DNA of 64,000 bases, from IMG/VR virus record IMGVR_UViG_3300010430_000005, positions 83,467 to 147,466 of that record; one strand, given 5' to 3'. The notes beneath the pieces were generated by a model. The model did no database searches, was not told the origin of the DNA, and saw only the letters and a program-made list of their open reading frames with translations. Source of the DNA: a virus. Taxonomy: Duplodnaviria; Heunggongvirae; Uroviricota; Caudoviricetes. Of this stretch, positions 45,511 through 54,295 are shown in pieces (position 1 is the first letter of the stretch; each line of letters starts with the position of its first letter). The position numbers were made by a program, and so were the translations under genes.

Positions 45511-45768
45511 ATGGACAACACTAACGAAAACAGCTACCGTGTAGCAGCAGAAGAACTTCGCTCATTTGTCGAGCGGTACGAACGCCTGGCTGTTGAGAAG
45601 CAAGATATTGCAGAAACACAGAAAGAAGTATTGGCAGAAGCCAAATCTCGAGGCTACGATACTAAAACTATTCGTAAAATTATCGCACTTCGTAAACGTG
45701 ACCAGAATGACATCAGCGAAGAAGAAGCAATTCTGGAGATGTATAAAGAAGCTCTCGGCATGAGTTAA
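45511..45768 (+). CDS. gapR: GapR / DUF2312 nucleoid-associated protein
   Basis: ELRSFVER.ERL..EK.DI....KEV.AEAK.RGYD.K.IRKII.LRK..EEEAILEMYK.ALGM. Confidence 0.92.
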   Translation: MDNTNENSYRVAAEELRSFVERYERLAVEKQDIAETQKEVLAEAKSRGYDTKTIRKIIALRKRDQNDISEEEAILEMYKEALGMS

Positions 45769-45774
45769 ATGTTG

Positions 45775-45826
45775 TTGACATGTGTGTCTCCCTATGTTAA
45801 GTTAAGCAAAAGGAGACACACATGTC
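45775..45826 (+). promoter_or_regulatory. promoter plus 15-bp inverted repeat pairing the promoter spacer with SD+ATG
   Basis: TTGACA-17-TAAGTT; arms 45777-45791/45812-45826. Confidence 0.8.
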
Positions 45827-46130
45827 TAAAGCAACAGCACAGAAACTTGTAAATACCGCTAACGAGATGGGATGGTCTGTTGATGTTAGGAATGATGTAC
45901 TGACAATCACAAAAAACATTAAAGTCGACGATAAAGAATCTTTCGTGTCGGCAGACTCAGAGTATTACAGCATCCTGAGCATCTTGCCACAAACAAGACC
46001 AGGAAGTATTTGGGGCACTGACGGCGGAGGTATCGGTGCTTTGAGTGCAAGTAAATCTGGTTTGTTTGTTATGAATAAAAGTGGCGGAAATAAGCGAGTC
46101 CTGAACGCAATCAAGAAATTTGTAGGATAA
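45822..46130 (+). CDS. conserved phage hypothetical protein
   Basis: GS.WGTDGGG.G..MNKSG. Confidence 0.75.
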   Translation: MSKATAQKLVNTANEMGWSVDVRNDVLTITKNIKVDDKESFVSADSEYYSILSILPQTRPGSIWGTDGGGIGALSASKSGLFVMNKSGGNKRVLNAIKKFVG

Positions 46131-46134
46131 TGCA

Positions 46135-46662
46135 ATGAATTATAACGAAATTAAAGAAGCACTCGAATCTGTCAAAGGCGGATCGTTCATCGGACTTGAC
46201 ACCAAATCCGAGGTAAAATTGAAGGGCGGCAAAAAGAACCCGATGCAGGGCAGGGTCACCAAAATTACAACTGGCGCAAATACTATGGTTTTCGCTACAG
46301 AAAGCGGAAGTCCATATGAGGCTATGGTTAAGCGTCGGCTAGAAGAAGAAGGAAAAGACCCCGAATCTTTTACAGTAGGTCCCCGCGCCTGGGGCACTCG
46401 AATTAAAGGAACCCCCTTTATCGAACACAAAGATAACCATTACCTAGAGGTTATTTACATTAGCCCAGGCAAAACAGAATATTTTCTGGATGGCGAACCC
46501 ATCGAAAAAGATGAAATCGAAGGTTTGGGGGTAGATACCGAAAAAACCGAAAAGGGACAAGGCGGTCTAGAAAATAAAGTGGTTATTCGAACGTTTAAAA
46601 CAGATTCGATCGTGGCCATCAGGACAAACGGCCAAGAATACAAAACAAAAGAAAATGAATAA
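46135..46662 (+). CDS. conserved T4-like hypothetical protein
   Basis: GGKKNPMQGRVTK..Y..MV.RRL..EGK..F....R.WG. Confidence 0.8.
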   Translation: MNYNEIKEALESVKGGSFIGLDTKSEVKLKGGKKNPMQGRVTKITTGANTMVFATESGSPYEAMVKRRLEEEGKDPESFTVGPRAWGTRIKGTPFIEHKDNHYLEVIYISPGKTEYFLDGEPIEKDEIEGLGVDTEKTEKGQGGLENKVVIRTFKTDSIVAIRTNGQEYKTKENE

Positions 46663-47170
46663 AACCTACGCCGGAATAGGATCTAGGGAAACGCCATATA
46701 AAGTCATAGAGACTATGCAAGCAACGTCTAAATTTTTGTCGAAATATGGCTATTCCCTTTATTCTGGAGGTGCTGAAGGTGCTGACGAAGCCTTCGAAAA
46801 AGGTGCCACAAACAAAACAATATGGTTACCCTGGGATGGGTTTAACGGCAAGTTCGAAAACGGATTGGATTATGTAGTTCCAGAAGAAGCGAAAGAGTTT
46901 GTGTCTAAATACCACCCCAACCCCAAAAGATTGAGTGAGAAAGCGTTTATGTTAATGTCTCGCAATGCTTATCAAGTTTTGGGCCCAGACTTAAAAAGCC
47001 CTGTAGAATTTGTTTTGTGTTGGACCAAAAACGGCAAAGCATCAGGCGGGACAGGACAAGCTATGCGCATAGCTAAAGACTATAACATACCGATATACAA
47101 CTTCAAAACAGACTCAAGACTCATAGAAACTTTACTAAGAGGCATTAGATGGGAAAATGGAAAAATCTAA
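46655..47170 (+). CDS. SLOG-superfamily (DprA/YspA-like) protein
   Basis: YAGIGSRETP, SGGAEGAD, LPW..FN, RN..Q..G..L, GGTGQA.RIA. Confidence 0.8.
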   Translation: MNKTYAGIGSRETPYKVIETMQATSKFLSKYGYSLYSGGAEGADEAFEKGATNKTIWLPWDGFNGKFENGLDYVVPEEAKEFVSKYHPNPKRLSEKAFMLMSRNAYQVLGPDLKSPVEFVLCWTKNGKASGGTGQAMRIAKDYNIPIYNFKTDSRLIETLLRGIRWENGKI

Positions 47171-47445
47171 GCATCGGAGTATTTGTTGCTATGTTCGGTT
47201 ACAGGGCAGAGTTAGATTTCGTTCCTTTTAAATTTGCGAAACCTCAAGTAGGATTCTCGCCAAGTTTAGCCAGAGCAAAACGCCTACCTTCCTTCAAAAT
47301 TGGGCCTTTACACTTTTGGACTATGACTGCCGATAATGTAGAGATAGGTATCGATTTTAGAGCCTTCTTTCACACAACGCCCTTCTCCGAAGTTTACGAA
47401 AATTCATTCGTATGGCCAAAATATAGCAATAAAGATGTTGAATGA
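47149..47445 (+). CDS. hypothetical protein
   Basis: coupled ORF. Confidence 0.5.
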   Translation: MGKWKNLSIGVFVAMFGYRAELDFVPFKFAKPQVGFSPSLARAKRLPSFKIGPLHFWTMTADNVEIGIDFRAFFHTTPFSEVYENSFVWPKYSNKDVE

Positions 47446-47498
47446 CTCTCTATCGTAGTTTAACTTAGTTTTATAAATTAAACACAAGGACACGAAAA

Positions 47499-47735
47499 AT
47501 GGCAAAACTTGGTCGTAAAGAAACATTCGCAACTAGCAAAGCTATCGCCAAAGCACTGAAAACTGTCGGCACCAGTGACCAACCTAGTACGTTTCTACTC
47601 AAGAAACTCGAAGACAAAGGCTTTGTGGAATTCAAGCCGGTAAAAGTGACCGAAGGGCGTGGTCGACCTAAACTGGTAGCACAACTGACCGGCAAAGGTC
47701 GAGGCTTTGTGGCATTGAGTTCTCGCTGGAAGTGA
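47499..47735 (+). CDS. small basic winged-helix-like protein
   Basis: LE.KGFV..GRGRP...LT.KGR. Confidence 0.6.
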   Translation: MAKLGRKETFATSKAIAKALKTVGTSDQPSTFLLKKLEDKGFVEFKPVKVTEGRGRPKLVAQLTGKGRGFVALSSRWK

Positions 47736-47741
47736 GGGAAT

Positions 47742-49202
47742 TTGAACAATATAGAATTAGCAAACAAAGTAGAAGAGCTAATACCTAATAAGAAACAGTT
47801 CAAGATGAAGGTTCTCCGCAACCTTCATCTTGACCTATATAATGAGGTATTAAATAAAACCGGTTTCCTGAGTGAGGGTAGCAATCTTTCGCTCAGGATT
47901 GCTTTCTTAAAAGCAGACTTGAATGGGAAGAAAGTTTGTGTTATCTGCAACAAAGAGCACGAAAGAATAGACAGCGACTACTGTTGTATTAAATGTTATT
48001 ATTCTGATTCTCAATCTATGAAAAGAAGGACGTCTAAAGTAGACCAAAAGGCGAAGGTCGCTAAACAGAAAAAGACTATGCTCGAAAAATACGGGTACGA
48101 GACCAATAGCCAACGCCCCGAGATAAAAACAATTCTTTCCAAATCGAAATTAGAAAAGTCGAATCCCGAGGCGCTTGAGAAGCTATTGGATCGAGAATGG
48201 CTAGAGAATGAATATTCGTCAAAATCTTCAGTAGAAATAGCAGAAGAGCTAGGTGTATATTATGGCACAGTTACTAGTTATCTGTCGTCACATCACGGCA
48301 TAGAAATAAAACCGCACTCAAACGAATCATCTGTAGAAAGAAAGATAAAGGAATTCTTATTAAGCGAATTTCCGGATATTGTGGTCGAATCACATGACAG
48401 AAATATCCTTAGCGGCAAAGAAATAGACATATACATTCCTGAATACAAATTCGCTATAGAAGTGAATGGACTTTATTGGCACAGTGTATCCGATACAAAA
48501 AAGTCCAACACAAACAAACACCTAGAAAAAACACTGGGGTGTTTAGAGAAAGGCATTTCAGTCATTCATATAACACAAGAAAAATGGGAAACCAAACAAG
48601 AGTTGGTCAAGTCTATGATACGTAACCATTTAGGCGCTACGCCAAACAGAGTGTTTGCTAGGAAATGCGAAGTGCGTCCCATAACGCCATCCGAGTATAG
48701 AATTTTCTGCAACAATAACCACATCAATGGCACTGCTGTTGCTTCGATAAAGTTGGGTTTGTTTTACAAAGACGAACTTGTGCAAGTCATGAGCTTCTCA
48801 AAACCCAGATACAATAGGCATTACGAGTATGAGCTTATTCGATTATGTAGTGCTAAAAATACATCTGTTGTAGGTGGTGCTTCCAGATTGTTCAATCACT
48901 TTTTGAGTTTATACACACCAAAGTCTATATTGTGTTATGCCGACAGGCAATACGGAGAGGGTAACGTATACGGGAAAATAGGAATGACTCTAAAAGACAC
49001 CACCCCGCCAGGCTACCGCTGGACTGACGGCAACTCGACTTTTAGTAGGATAGAGTTTCAAAAACATAAACTTCAAGCAAAACTCAAAAACTTTGATTCG
49101 AATTTGTCGGAAAGAGAAAATATGCTAAACAACGGCTATAGAATGTATTTTGACTGCGGCAACATTGTTTGGGAATGGACAAATACAGAAAAGTTGACAT
49201 AA
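47742..49202 (+). CDS. Hef-like free-standing homing endonuclease
   Basis: Zn finger CVIC..YCC; T.LEKYG; EIDIYIP...AIEVNGLYWHS; ARKC.V..; YAD.RY..G. Confidence 0.75.
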   Translation: MNNIELANKVEELIPNKKQFKMKVLRNLHLDLYNEVLNKTGFLSEGSNLSLRIAFLKADLNGKKVCVICNKEHERIDSDYCCIKCYYSDSQSMKRRTSKVDQKAKVAKQKKTMLEKYGYETNSQRPEIKTILSKSKLEKSNPEALEKLLDREWLENEYSSKSSVEIAEELGVYYGTVTSYLSSHHGIEIKPHSNESSVERKIKEFLLSEFPDIVVESHDRNILSGKEIDIYIPEYKFAIEVNGLYWHSVSDTKKSNTNKHLEKTLGCLEKGISVIHITQEKWETKQELVKSMIRNHLGATPNRVFARKCEVRPITPSEYRIFCNNNHINGTAVASIKLGLFYKDELVQVMSFSKPRYNRHYEYELIRLCSAKNTSVVGGASRLFNHFLSLYTPKSILCYADRQYGEGNVYGKIGMTLKDTTPPGYRWTDGNSTFSRIEFQKHKLQAKLKNFDSNLSERENMLNNGYRMYFDCGNIVWEWTNTEKLT

Positions 49203-49225
49203 AAAAGGCCGGGTAAAACCCGGCC
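49201..49225 (-). terminator. intrinsic terminator for minus-strand transcripts
   Basis: 8-bp GC stem with A-run on + side. Confidence 0.75.
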
Positions 49226-49236
49226 CTTAAAACTAG

Positions 49237-50052
49237 TTAACAGTGTTTGCAATTCTTAAAATGAAACCTATATATGTTAGGCGACCTACCCTCGTGCCCA
49301 CAATGAGGACATGTTAGCGGAGTCTTTTGTCTTTCTTTAGCTGCTTCGCCTATTTTTCGAGAATGCTCTTCACTCCTAACCTTACCCTTTAACGCCTTTG
49401 ATATCTTTTCCTTTGTTTCCTCAGAATGTTTGTCGTTACCATTTAAACGTCTAGTTTCTAAACCCCGCTCTATTTGCTCTTTTGTTGGCTTGGGTCTATT
49501 ATCATACGCGCCTTCTTCCCATGCGCGCTTTGTGTTAGATGATCGCACTTCAGTAGGAACATATGGCTTTTTGCCATTCTTTCTTCCCTCTGATATGGAT
49601 GGACATACCTTTCCTTTGTTCCAAGTAGATTTGCCTTTGTTTGGCTTATAAGTCATTGACATTGTACTAACCCGTTTCCTTTGTTCCGCACTTCTTTCGT
49701 CATCGTCCCAATATGCCTGTCTTATCCGAGAAGCAACAACACCAGATAAACCCTCAGCGTTTTTCTTCATATTGTAATACCTACAGTTAGGCATCCCTTC
49801 CAATTCGTCGTCATTTATCATATTGAGAAAATACTGCTCCTTATTACGCAACTCCTTTACGTTGGCGCTATAATGTTCGTATAATATCTTCCTCTTAAAA
49901 TCTTCAGGTCTCGATTTATATGCTCGCATCATATACCCGGTAGACGTAACATACCCGTCATCTAAAGAACCCATATGAGACCCTATACAGAACTTTTTCT
50001 GCTTCGCGTCATACCATAAATACACAAACCCCGTTAAATTTTTATTTGACAT
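49237..50052 (-). CDS. Seg-like GIY-YIG homing endonuclease with NUMOD3-like motifs
   Basis: GFVYLW..FCIGSH.G...DGY.TS..EQ.FL..YYN; HSEETKEKISKALKGK; C-term CPHC. Confidence 0.88.
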   Translation of the reverse strand: MSNKNLTGFVYLWYDAKQKKFCIGSHMGSLDDGYVTSTGYMMRAYKSRPEDFKRKILYEHYSANVKELRNKEQYFLNMINDDELEGMPNCRYYNMKKNAEGLSGVVASRIRQAYWDDDERSAEQRKRVSTMSMTYKPNKGKSTWNKGKVCPSISEGRKNGKKPYVPTEVRSSNTKRAWEEGAYDNRPKPTKEQIERGLETRRLNGNDKHSEETKEKISKALKGKVRSEEHSRKIGEAAKERQKTPLTCPHCGHEGRSPNIYRFHFKNCKHC

Positions 50053-50132
50053 GCTGATATCTTTTCCTTTTTCTTTGTGGATGTTAGAGTAGGTGGAAAC
50101 TGTATATTTCGCGACCTACACAACTATTTATA
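50053..50132 (-). promoter_or_regulatory. T4 late promoter plus conserved structured 5' leader, copy 2
   Basis: TATAAATA 50125-50132; GTAGGT-CGC-GAAA..TTTC-C-ACCTAC-TCTA. Confidence 0.75.
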
Positions 50133-50188
50133 AAGGTTTGCATACTAAGCCTAATGTAAAAGAAAATAAATACAGAAAAGTTGACATT

Positions 50189-50216
50189 AAAAAGGGCCGG
50201 GTTTTACCCGGCCCTT
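50189..50216 (-). terminator. intrinsic terminator downstream of gp23
   Basis: 11-bp stem aagggccgggt/acccggccctt with A-run. Confidence 0.8.
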
Positions 50217-50240
50217 AAAACTAGTTAACAGTGTTAACAA

Positions 50241-51551
50241 TTACATAAGATTGGAAATCCTAACGCGGCGGTAATATTAATTAGTATTCGCTGTTAGTGC
50301 GCCAGAACCTTGGTCAGCACCTTGTGCAAACGGATTCGCAACCATGCCGTAGCGTGTTTTGAAGCCGATCTTAGGCTGGAATGTGTTTTCACCAACCGCA
50401 CGAACCATCTGTAGCGGAACGTATGGGCAGTAAAATAGACCTGCATCAAATGCGCTTGCGCCTTTGTAGCCTACTACCATGTAGTTAGCACCCGCATATG
50501 GGTCAATGTAAACACGGAAGCGACCGTTTAGAACACCAGCAAAAGTGTTGCCTGTGTCGTCTACGTTCAATGCGTTGCTGTTAAGAGCAGGAGCATAGTC
50601 TAGGACGCCTGCCATCTGTAGAGCCGATGCAACATCGCTCGAACAAATGATTATGTTACCTTTACCTCTGCGTGTTCCTTTTGCGATAGCGTTAGCTTCA
50701 CGCTCGATCTGGAACATAAGACCTTTAAACTTCTCAACGCTCCAACGACCGTTTGCGTCTACGTCTAAGTCAAATACACCGGCAGTTGCTGTACCTTCAG
50801 AAGCACCTGTTACCGCAGTGTTGTATATAGTACGAACAACTTCACGGTTGATTTCTGCAAGAACTTCACTTGCTAGGATGTTTGAAAGTTCAGTTTCGGC
50901 GTCTAGACCGTGTACCGCTTTCAAGTCCTGAGCTAGTTCAGTAGTGTATTCTGCCTTAAGCGCGCGGCTCTTAGCTTCCACAGCTACTTTCTCGATTGAG
51001 AACGCCATTTCTGCAAACGCTGTACCGCCAGTAACACCTAGTGCTTCTGCGTCGCCAGTAGCAATACCAGTACCAGTGTTAGCAGTAGCTGCTGTACCAG
51101 TAGTGCCTTCCATAGTGCCTGTACCTGCGAAGTCAGTATCTGCTTCGTTGTACATTGCTTCGGTCCAAGTTGCGTTGTTTGCAGGTGTGTTAGCATACTT
51201 AGAACGCATAGCAAAGATCAAGCCAGTTGGGCCAGTCATTGGCTGTACGCCTGCGATGTCGTATGCGATTAGGTTAGGCACGGAACGACGAACTAAGCTT
51301 ATCAACACAGGGTCATAACCTGCAGTTGGGCCAGTTGCTGTTGCGCTGCTACTAAAACCACCAGTGCCAGAAACGTTAGTTGTTTCCATCAAAGAAGTCA
51401 TTCTTGCGGAAGTAGGATCTTCTTTAAGAGCGATTTCAGTGTTCTCTAGAATAGTGGCGGTAACGCTTTTTCTGTGAGAGTCTTTGATCGAATCAAAAGA
51501 TTCGTGCTCAAGAATTGGCTGCCACTTGTTAACAATAGAGTTGTTATCCAT
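50241..51551 (-). CDS. gp23: major capsid protein (in-frame TAA at 50277-50279, 11 codons before the expected end)
   Basis: DPVLISLVRR..GVQPM.GPTGLIFA, SRALKAEY, KGL..RGKGN, FYCPYVP, GFKTRYG; YYRRVRISNLM follows the TAA. Confidence 0.97.
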
Positions 51552-51582
51552 TTCTATCTCCTTGTAAATTAATTATCACGTT

Positions 51583-51590
51583 TATTTATA
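51583..51590 (-). promoter_or_regulatory. T4 late promoter (also at 52612, 53321, 58263, 63795)
   Basis: TATAAATA immediately upstream of late genes. Confidence 0.85.
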
Positions 51591-51595
51591 AATTC

Positions 51596-52570
51596 TTATT
51601 TTTCTCTAGCCGTACGAGCACGGATAGCTTCTGCCAGTGCGTTTACACCGTCATAATCAGACATTTTCGAAGGCTTAACTGCTTCTTCGATTTCTTCTAA
51701 TTCATCGTCTGCTTCTTCTACGATTACTTTTTTGTCCGAAGCAAAGAATGATTCTTTAAGGGTGTTTAAGTCTTTAGCATATTCGACGGCGTCAGAAGCA
51801 TTTAGCTTTTCTGCCAATACACGCATTCTGTCCACCTGGGTGTCTGTTAGACCTTCGCAAACGGTGTCAAATGCTATCTCGGCTTTAAGGCTCTGGATTT
51901 CTTCTTCTAGTGCCAATTTCTCTTTGAGTGCGGCGTTAGTTACTTTTTCTGCCTCATTGATTTGAGCTTCCATCTCTGCAACAACGTCGATTGTTTCTTC
52001 GTCAATTTTAACATTGTGCTCATAGAATAGCTCTTTCAAACTTTCCATCATGTTTTCGGCACGTTCGACTTTTATACCGCTTTCGATAGCAAGTTTGTTT
52101 TCTTCCATCCATGTTTCAACAACATAGTCTAGGTAAGAATTGAGGTTCTCAGATATGTCGGAAATAGCCGAGTCGACAGCTTCGTTGAGATCGACATCAA
52201 ACTTTTCTGTTAGTGCCTTAACCTCAGCTTCGTATTTTTCCTTTAACTCGGATTCTACAATCGCAGTCTTATTCGTAACAGCTTCGTTTACAGCCGCTTC
52301 AAAAACTAGAGTTGCTTTAGATTTGAAGTCTTCAGAAAGTTCTTCGCCGACAAACAAATCGGAGAAAGACTCTTTCATTTCTTCGTCTTCCATCTCTTCT
52401 TTGTCTTCGTCTTTGTCTGCATAATCGCCTTCTTTTAGCGATTCTGCCTCTTCTCTAGATGCGTCGTCGCCGTCAATGTCTGCTTCTCCGCCTTCTGGAG
52501 TTACAGGATCTTCTACAGCAGACACGCCATCATCAGAAACAAACTTTTCTTCAAGTTCTTCTTTAGCCAT
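51596..52570 (-). CDS. gp22: prohead core scaffold protein
   Basis: LSE.FK.KA..VFEAAV, YLDYVV..W..EN..AI..G, LKESFF; synteny. Confidence 0.92.
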   Translation of the reverse strand: MAKEELEEKFVSDDGVSAVEDPVTPEGGEADIDGDDASREEAESLKEGDYADKDEDKEEMEDEEMKESFSDLFVGEELSEDFKSKATLVFEAAVNEAVTNKTAIVESELKEKYEAEVKALTEKFDVDLNEAVDSAISDISENLNSYLDYVVETWMEENKLAIESGIKVERAENMMESLKELFYEHNVKIDEETIDVVAEMEAQINEAEKVTNAALKEKLALEEEIQSLKAEIAFDTVCEGLTDTQVDRMRVLAEKLNASDAVEYAKDLNTLKESFFASDKKVIVEEADDELEEIEEAVKPSKMSDYDGVNALAEAIRARTAREK

Positions 52571-52630
52571 ATTTACTTCTCCTTTAATTGAGTGTATTGT
52601 CTCATCTTAATTATTTATAAAAATCTTTTT

Positions 52631-53296
52631 TTACCCTTTACGCAAGGAACCGACGAAAGACTCGAACATACGCAATGCTTCAGATTCGTCAATTTTCTTA
52701 GATTCTTTTATCGCCTTAACAGTTTCCTCAACAGTTTGTTCGGCTATCCAATTTCCGGAAGCTATATCGTAATAATATTCGGTATTTTCCATTATACCTT
52801 TAACAAACGCATCAGGTGCAGAAGGGTCAGATACGATATCTCCAGCAGTAGCCAACATAAAATCGTTCTGTACTTCCATTATGCCTTTTTTGTTAGGTTT
52901 GATAGAACCCAAACCTCTAGATGAGATACCCAACTGAGCACCTTCGTCTATGAAGTTTTTTACTATCTTGCCCATAGGGGTGTCCATTATTTTGGCTTTA
53001 CCTACCACATTAGGGCCTTCTTCTCTTAATTCTACGAACATGTGAGATACACGGTCAAGATTTATTGTCGGGCCTTCAGGGTGACCTAGTTCCCCATATG
53101 CCCTATTTTTTGAGACATACGATTCGTTGTACCTATTCATTTCTCTGATGAGAACTTCTTTAGGATATACACGCCCGTTGCGATTTTTTATGTCGCCTTG
53201 CATGATTATACCTTCGATGAAGTAGTTCTTTTTACCATCTTCCGATGACTCTTTAAGATACTGTACGTCTTCGTTTATTTCTTTTATGAGCTTCAT
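52631..53296 (-). CDS. gp21: prohead protease
   Basis: KNRNGRVYP, GELGHP, INLDRVSH, GISSRGLGS, D.VSDPSAPDAFV. Confidence 0.96.
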   Translation of the reverse strand: MKLIKEINEDVQYLKESSEDGKKNYFIEGIIMQGDIKNRNGRVYPKEVLIREMNRYNESYVSKNRAYGELGHPEGPTINLDRVSHMFVELREEGPNVVGKAKIMDTPMGKIVKNFIDEGAQLGISSRGLGSIKPNKKGIMEVQNDFMLATAGDIVSDPSAPDAFVKGIMENTEYYYDIASGNWIAEQTVEETVKAIKESKKIDESEALRMFESFVGSLRKG

Positions 53297-53330
53297 GGTA
53301 GTTCCTTTCTTACGTTCTTTTATTTATAAG

Positions 53331-53606
53331 TTAAGGAGTTTCAACCAACACACTTGACCTACCTGACATTGCTTTAGCATATACATAGTTAGGTGTAGAG
53401 GTGTATGTCAGATCAGTAACTGTCTTTTTGACCTCTTTTTGCCAAGAGGTATAAACAAGACCTACTGCTTCTACCGGCGCGGTATTAGATGCGCTAAAGT
53501 TAACATATATAGGAAATTGGCTAACATTTTGGAATGTTATGCTAGCCACATTGTCACCTATTAATGTCCATTCGCTATCTACTAACTCTATTTTACTGAA
53601 AGCCAT
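53331..53606 (-). CDS. small virion-associated hypothetical protein
   Basis: beta-rich ORF within the head cluster. Confidence 0.65.
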   Translation of the reverse strand: MAFSKIELVDSEWTLIGDNVASITFQNVSQFPIYVNFSASNTAPVEAVGLVYTSWQKEVKKTVTDLTYTSTPNYVYAKAMSGRSSVLVETP

Positions 53607-53617
53607 GTGTCATTTCC

Positions 53618-54274
53618 TCACATAGCTTCTTTGGCAAAACCTAGAATTTCTTCATAGCCTGCTTCATCAGTTTTAAGAACCTTCATCATGCTCTTTTGGT
53701 TTTTAGGTGTTAGATCTTTGAAAAGGTCGTTGAGTAGTTTCGCATCTTTGGCAGAAATATCTACATTAGAACCGTCGTCTAATTCCATACTTCCTCTTTT
53801 GAAAGCCTCTTCTATCACTTCTTCATTAGCTACAGCTTTCGTTATTACTTTACGACGATTTTTTAGATACCTGTCAGAGTCATCAACATCACCATCGTTG
53901 TCGATATCGTCATCTTCCTTGCCGACAGGATCAAGTGCTTCTTTCAAGGCTTGTTTTGTGGCTATAGCATATACTACATCTTTCCACTTATCGCCATAGC
54001 GCTTCTTCATATCCGCACCGCTATCTTTAATGATCGCATCCGCAATTTCGTCGCGCTTTTCGATTTGATCTTCACTCATTTCTTCATACACAATTTCGTC
54101 TTCACCTGCAGAATAGTCAGCTAACCTAGGCTCGACATCTTTATCGCAAGTGAATTGACTTTCTTCTGCTTCGGGATGACCCATTTTCTGGATAACATGC
54201 TTAGCTTTGAAACGCTTTTCGTCGCCCGATTTTGGCTGTGCGACTTCCATTACTAGTTCGGAAAATCTTTTCAT
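53618..54274 (-). CDS. acidic prohead core-type protein
   Basis: position between gp20 and gp21; MK.RYG..W..V.YA.ATK and D.D.DNDGDVD.SD.YL motifs. Confidence 0.7.
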   Translation of the reverse strand: MKRFSELVMEVAQPKSGDEKRFKAKHVIQKMGHPEAEESQFTCDKDVEPRLADYSAGEDEIVYEEMSEDQIEKRDEIADAIIKDSGADMKKRYGDKWKDVVYAIATKQALKEALDPVGKEDDDIDNDGDVDDSDRYLKNRRKVITKAVANEEVIEEAFKRGSMELDDGSNVDISAKDAKLLNDLFKDLTPKNQKSMMKVLKTDEAGYEEILGFAKEAM

Positions 54275-54295
54275 CTGTTGTTCCTTTAAGTTGGT

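Larger units (their letters stand above)
49181..50235. repeat. about 67-bp direct repeat (49181-49247 and 50168-50235) flanking the Seg-like gene
   Basis: aaatacagaaaagttgacat..ggccgggt(aaa/ttt)acccggcccttaaaactagttaacagtgtt. Confidence 0.9.

Noticed and set aside
49227-49241. CtrA box (TTAA...TTAAC)
   Set aside because: Spacing is N6 (and N5 at 50225), not the N7 consensus
50277-50279. Genome-wide stop codon reassignment
   Set aside because: TAA, TAG and TGA all end well-conserved genes at the expected positions
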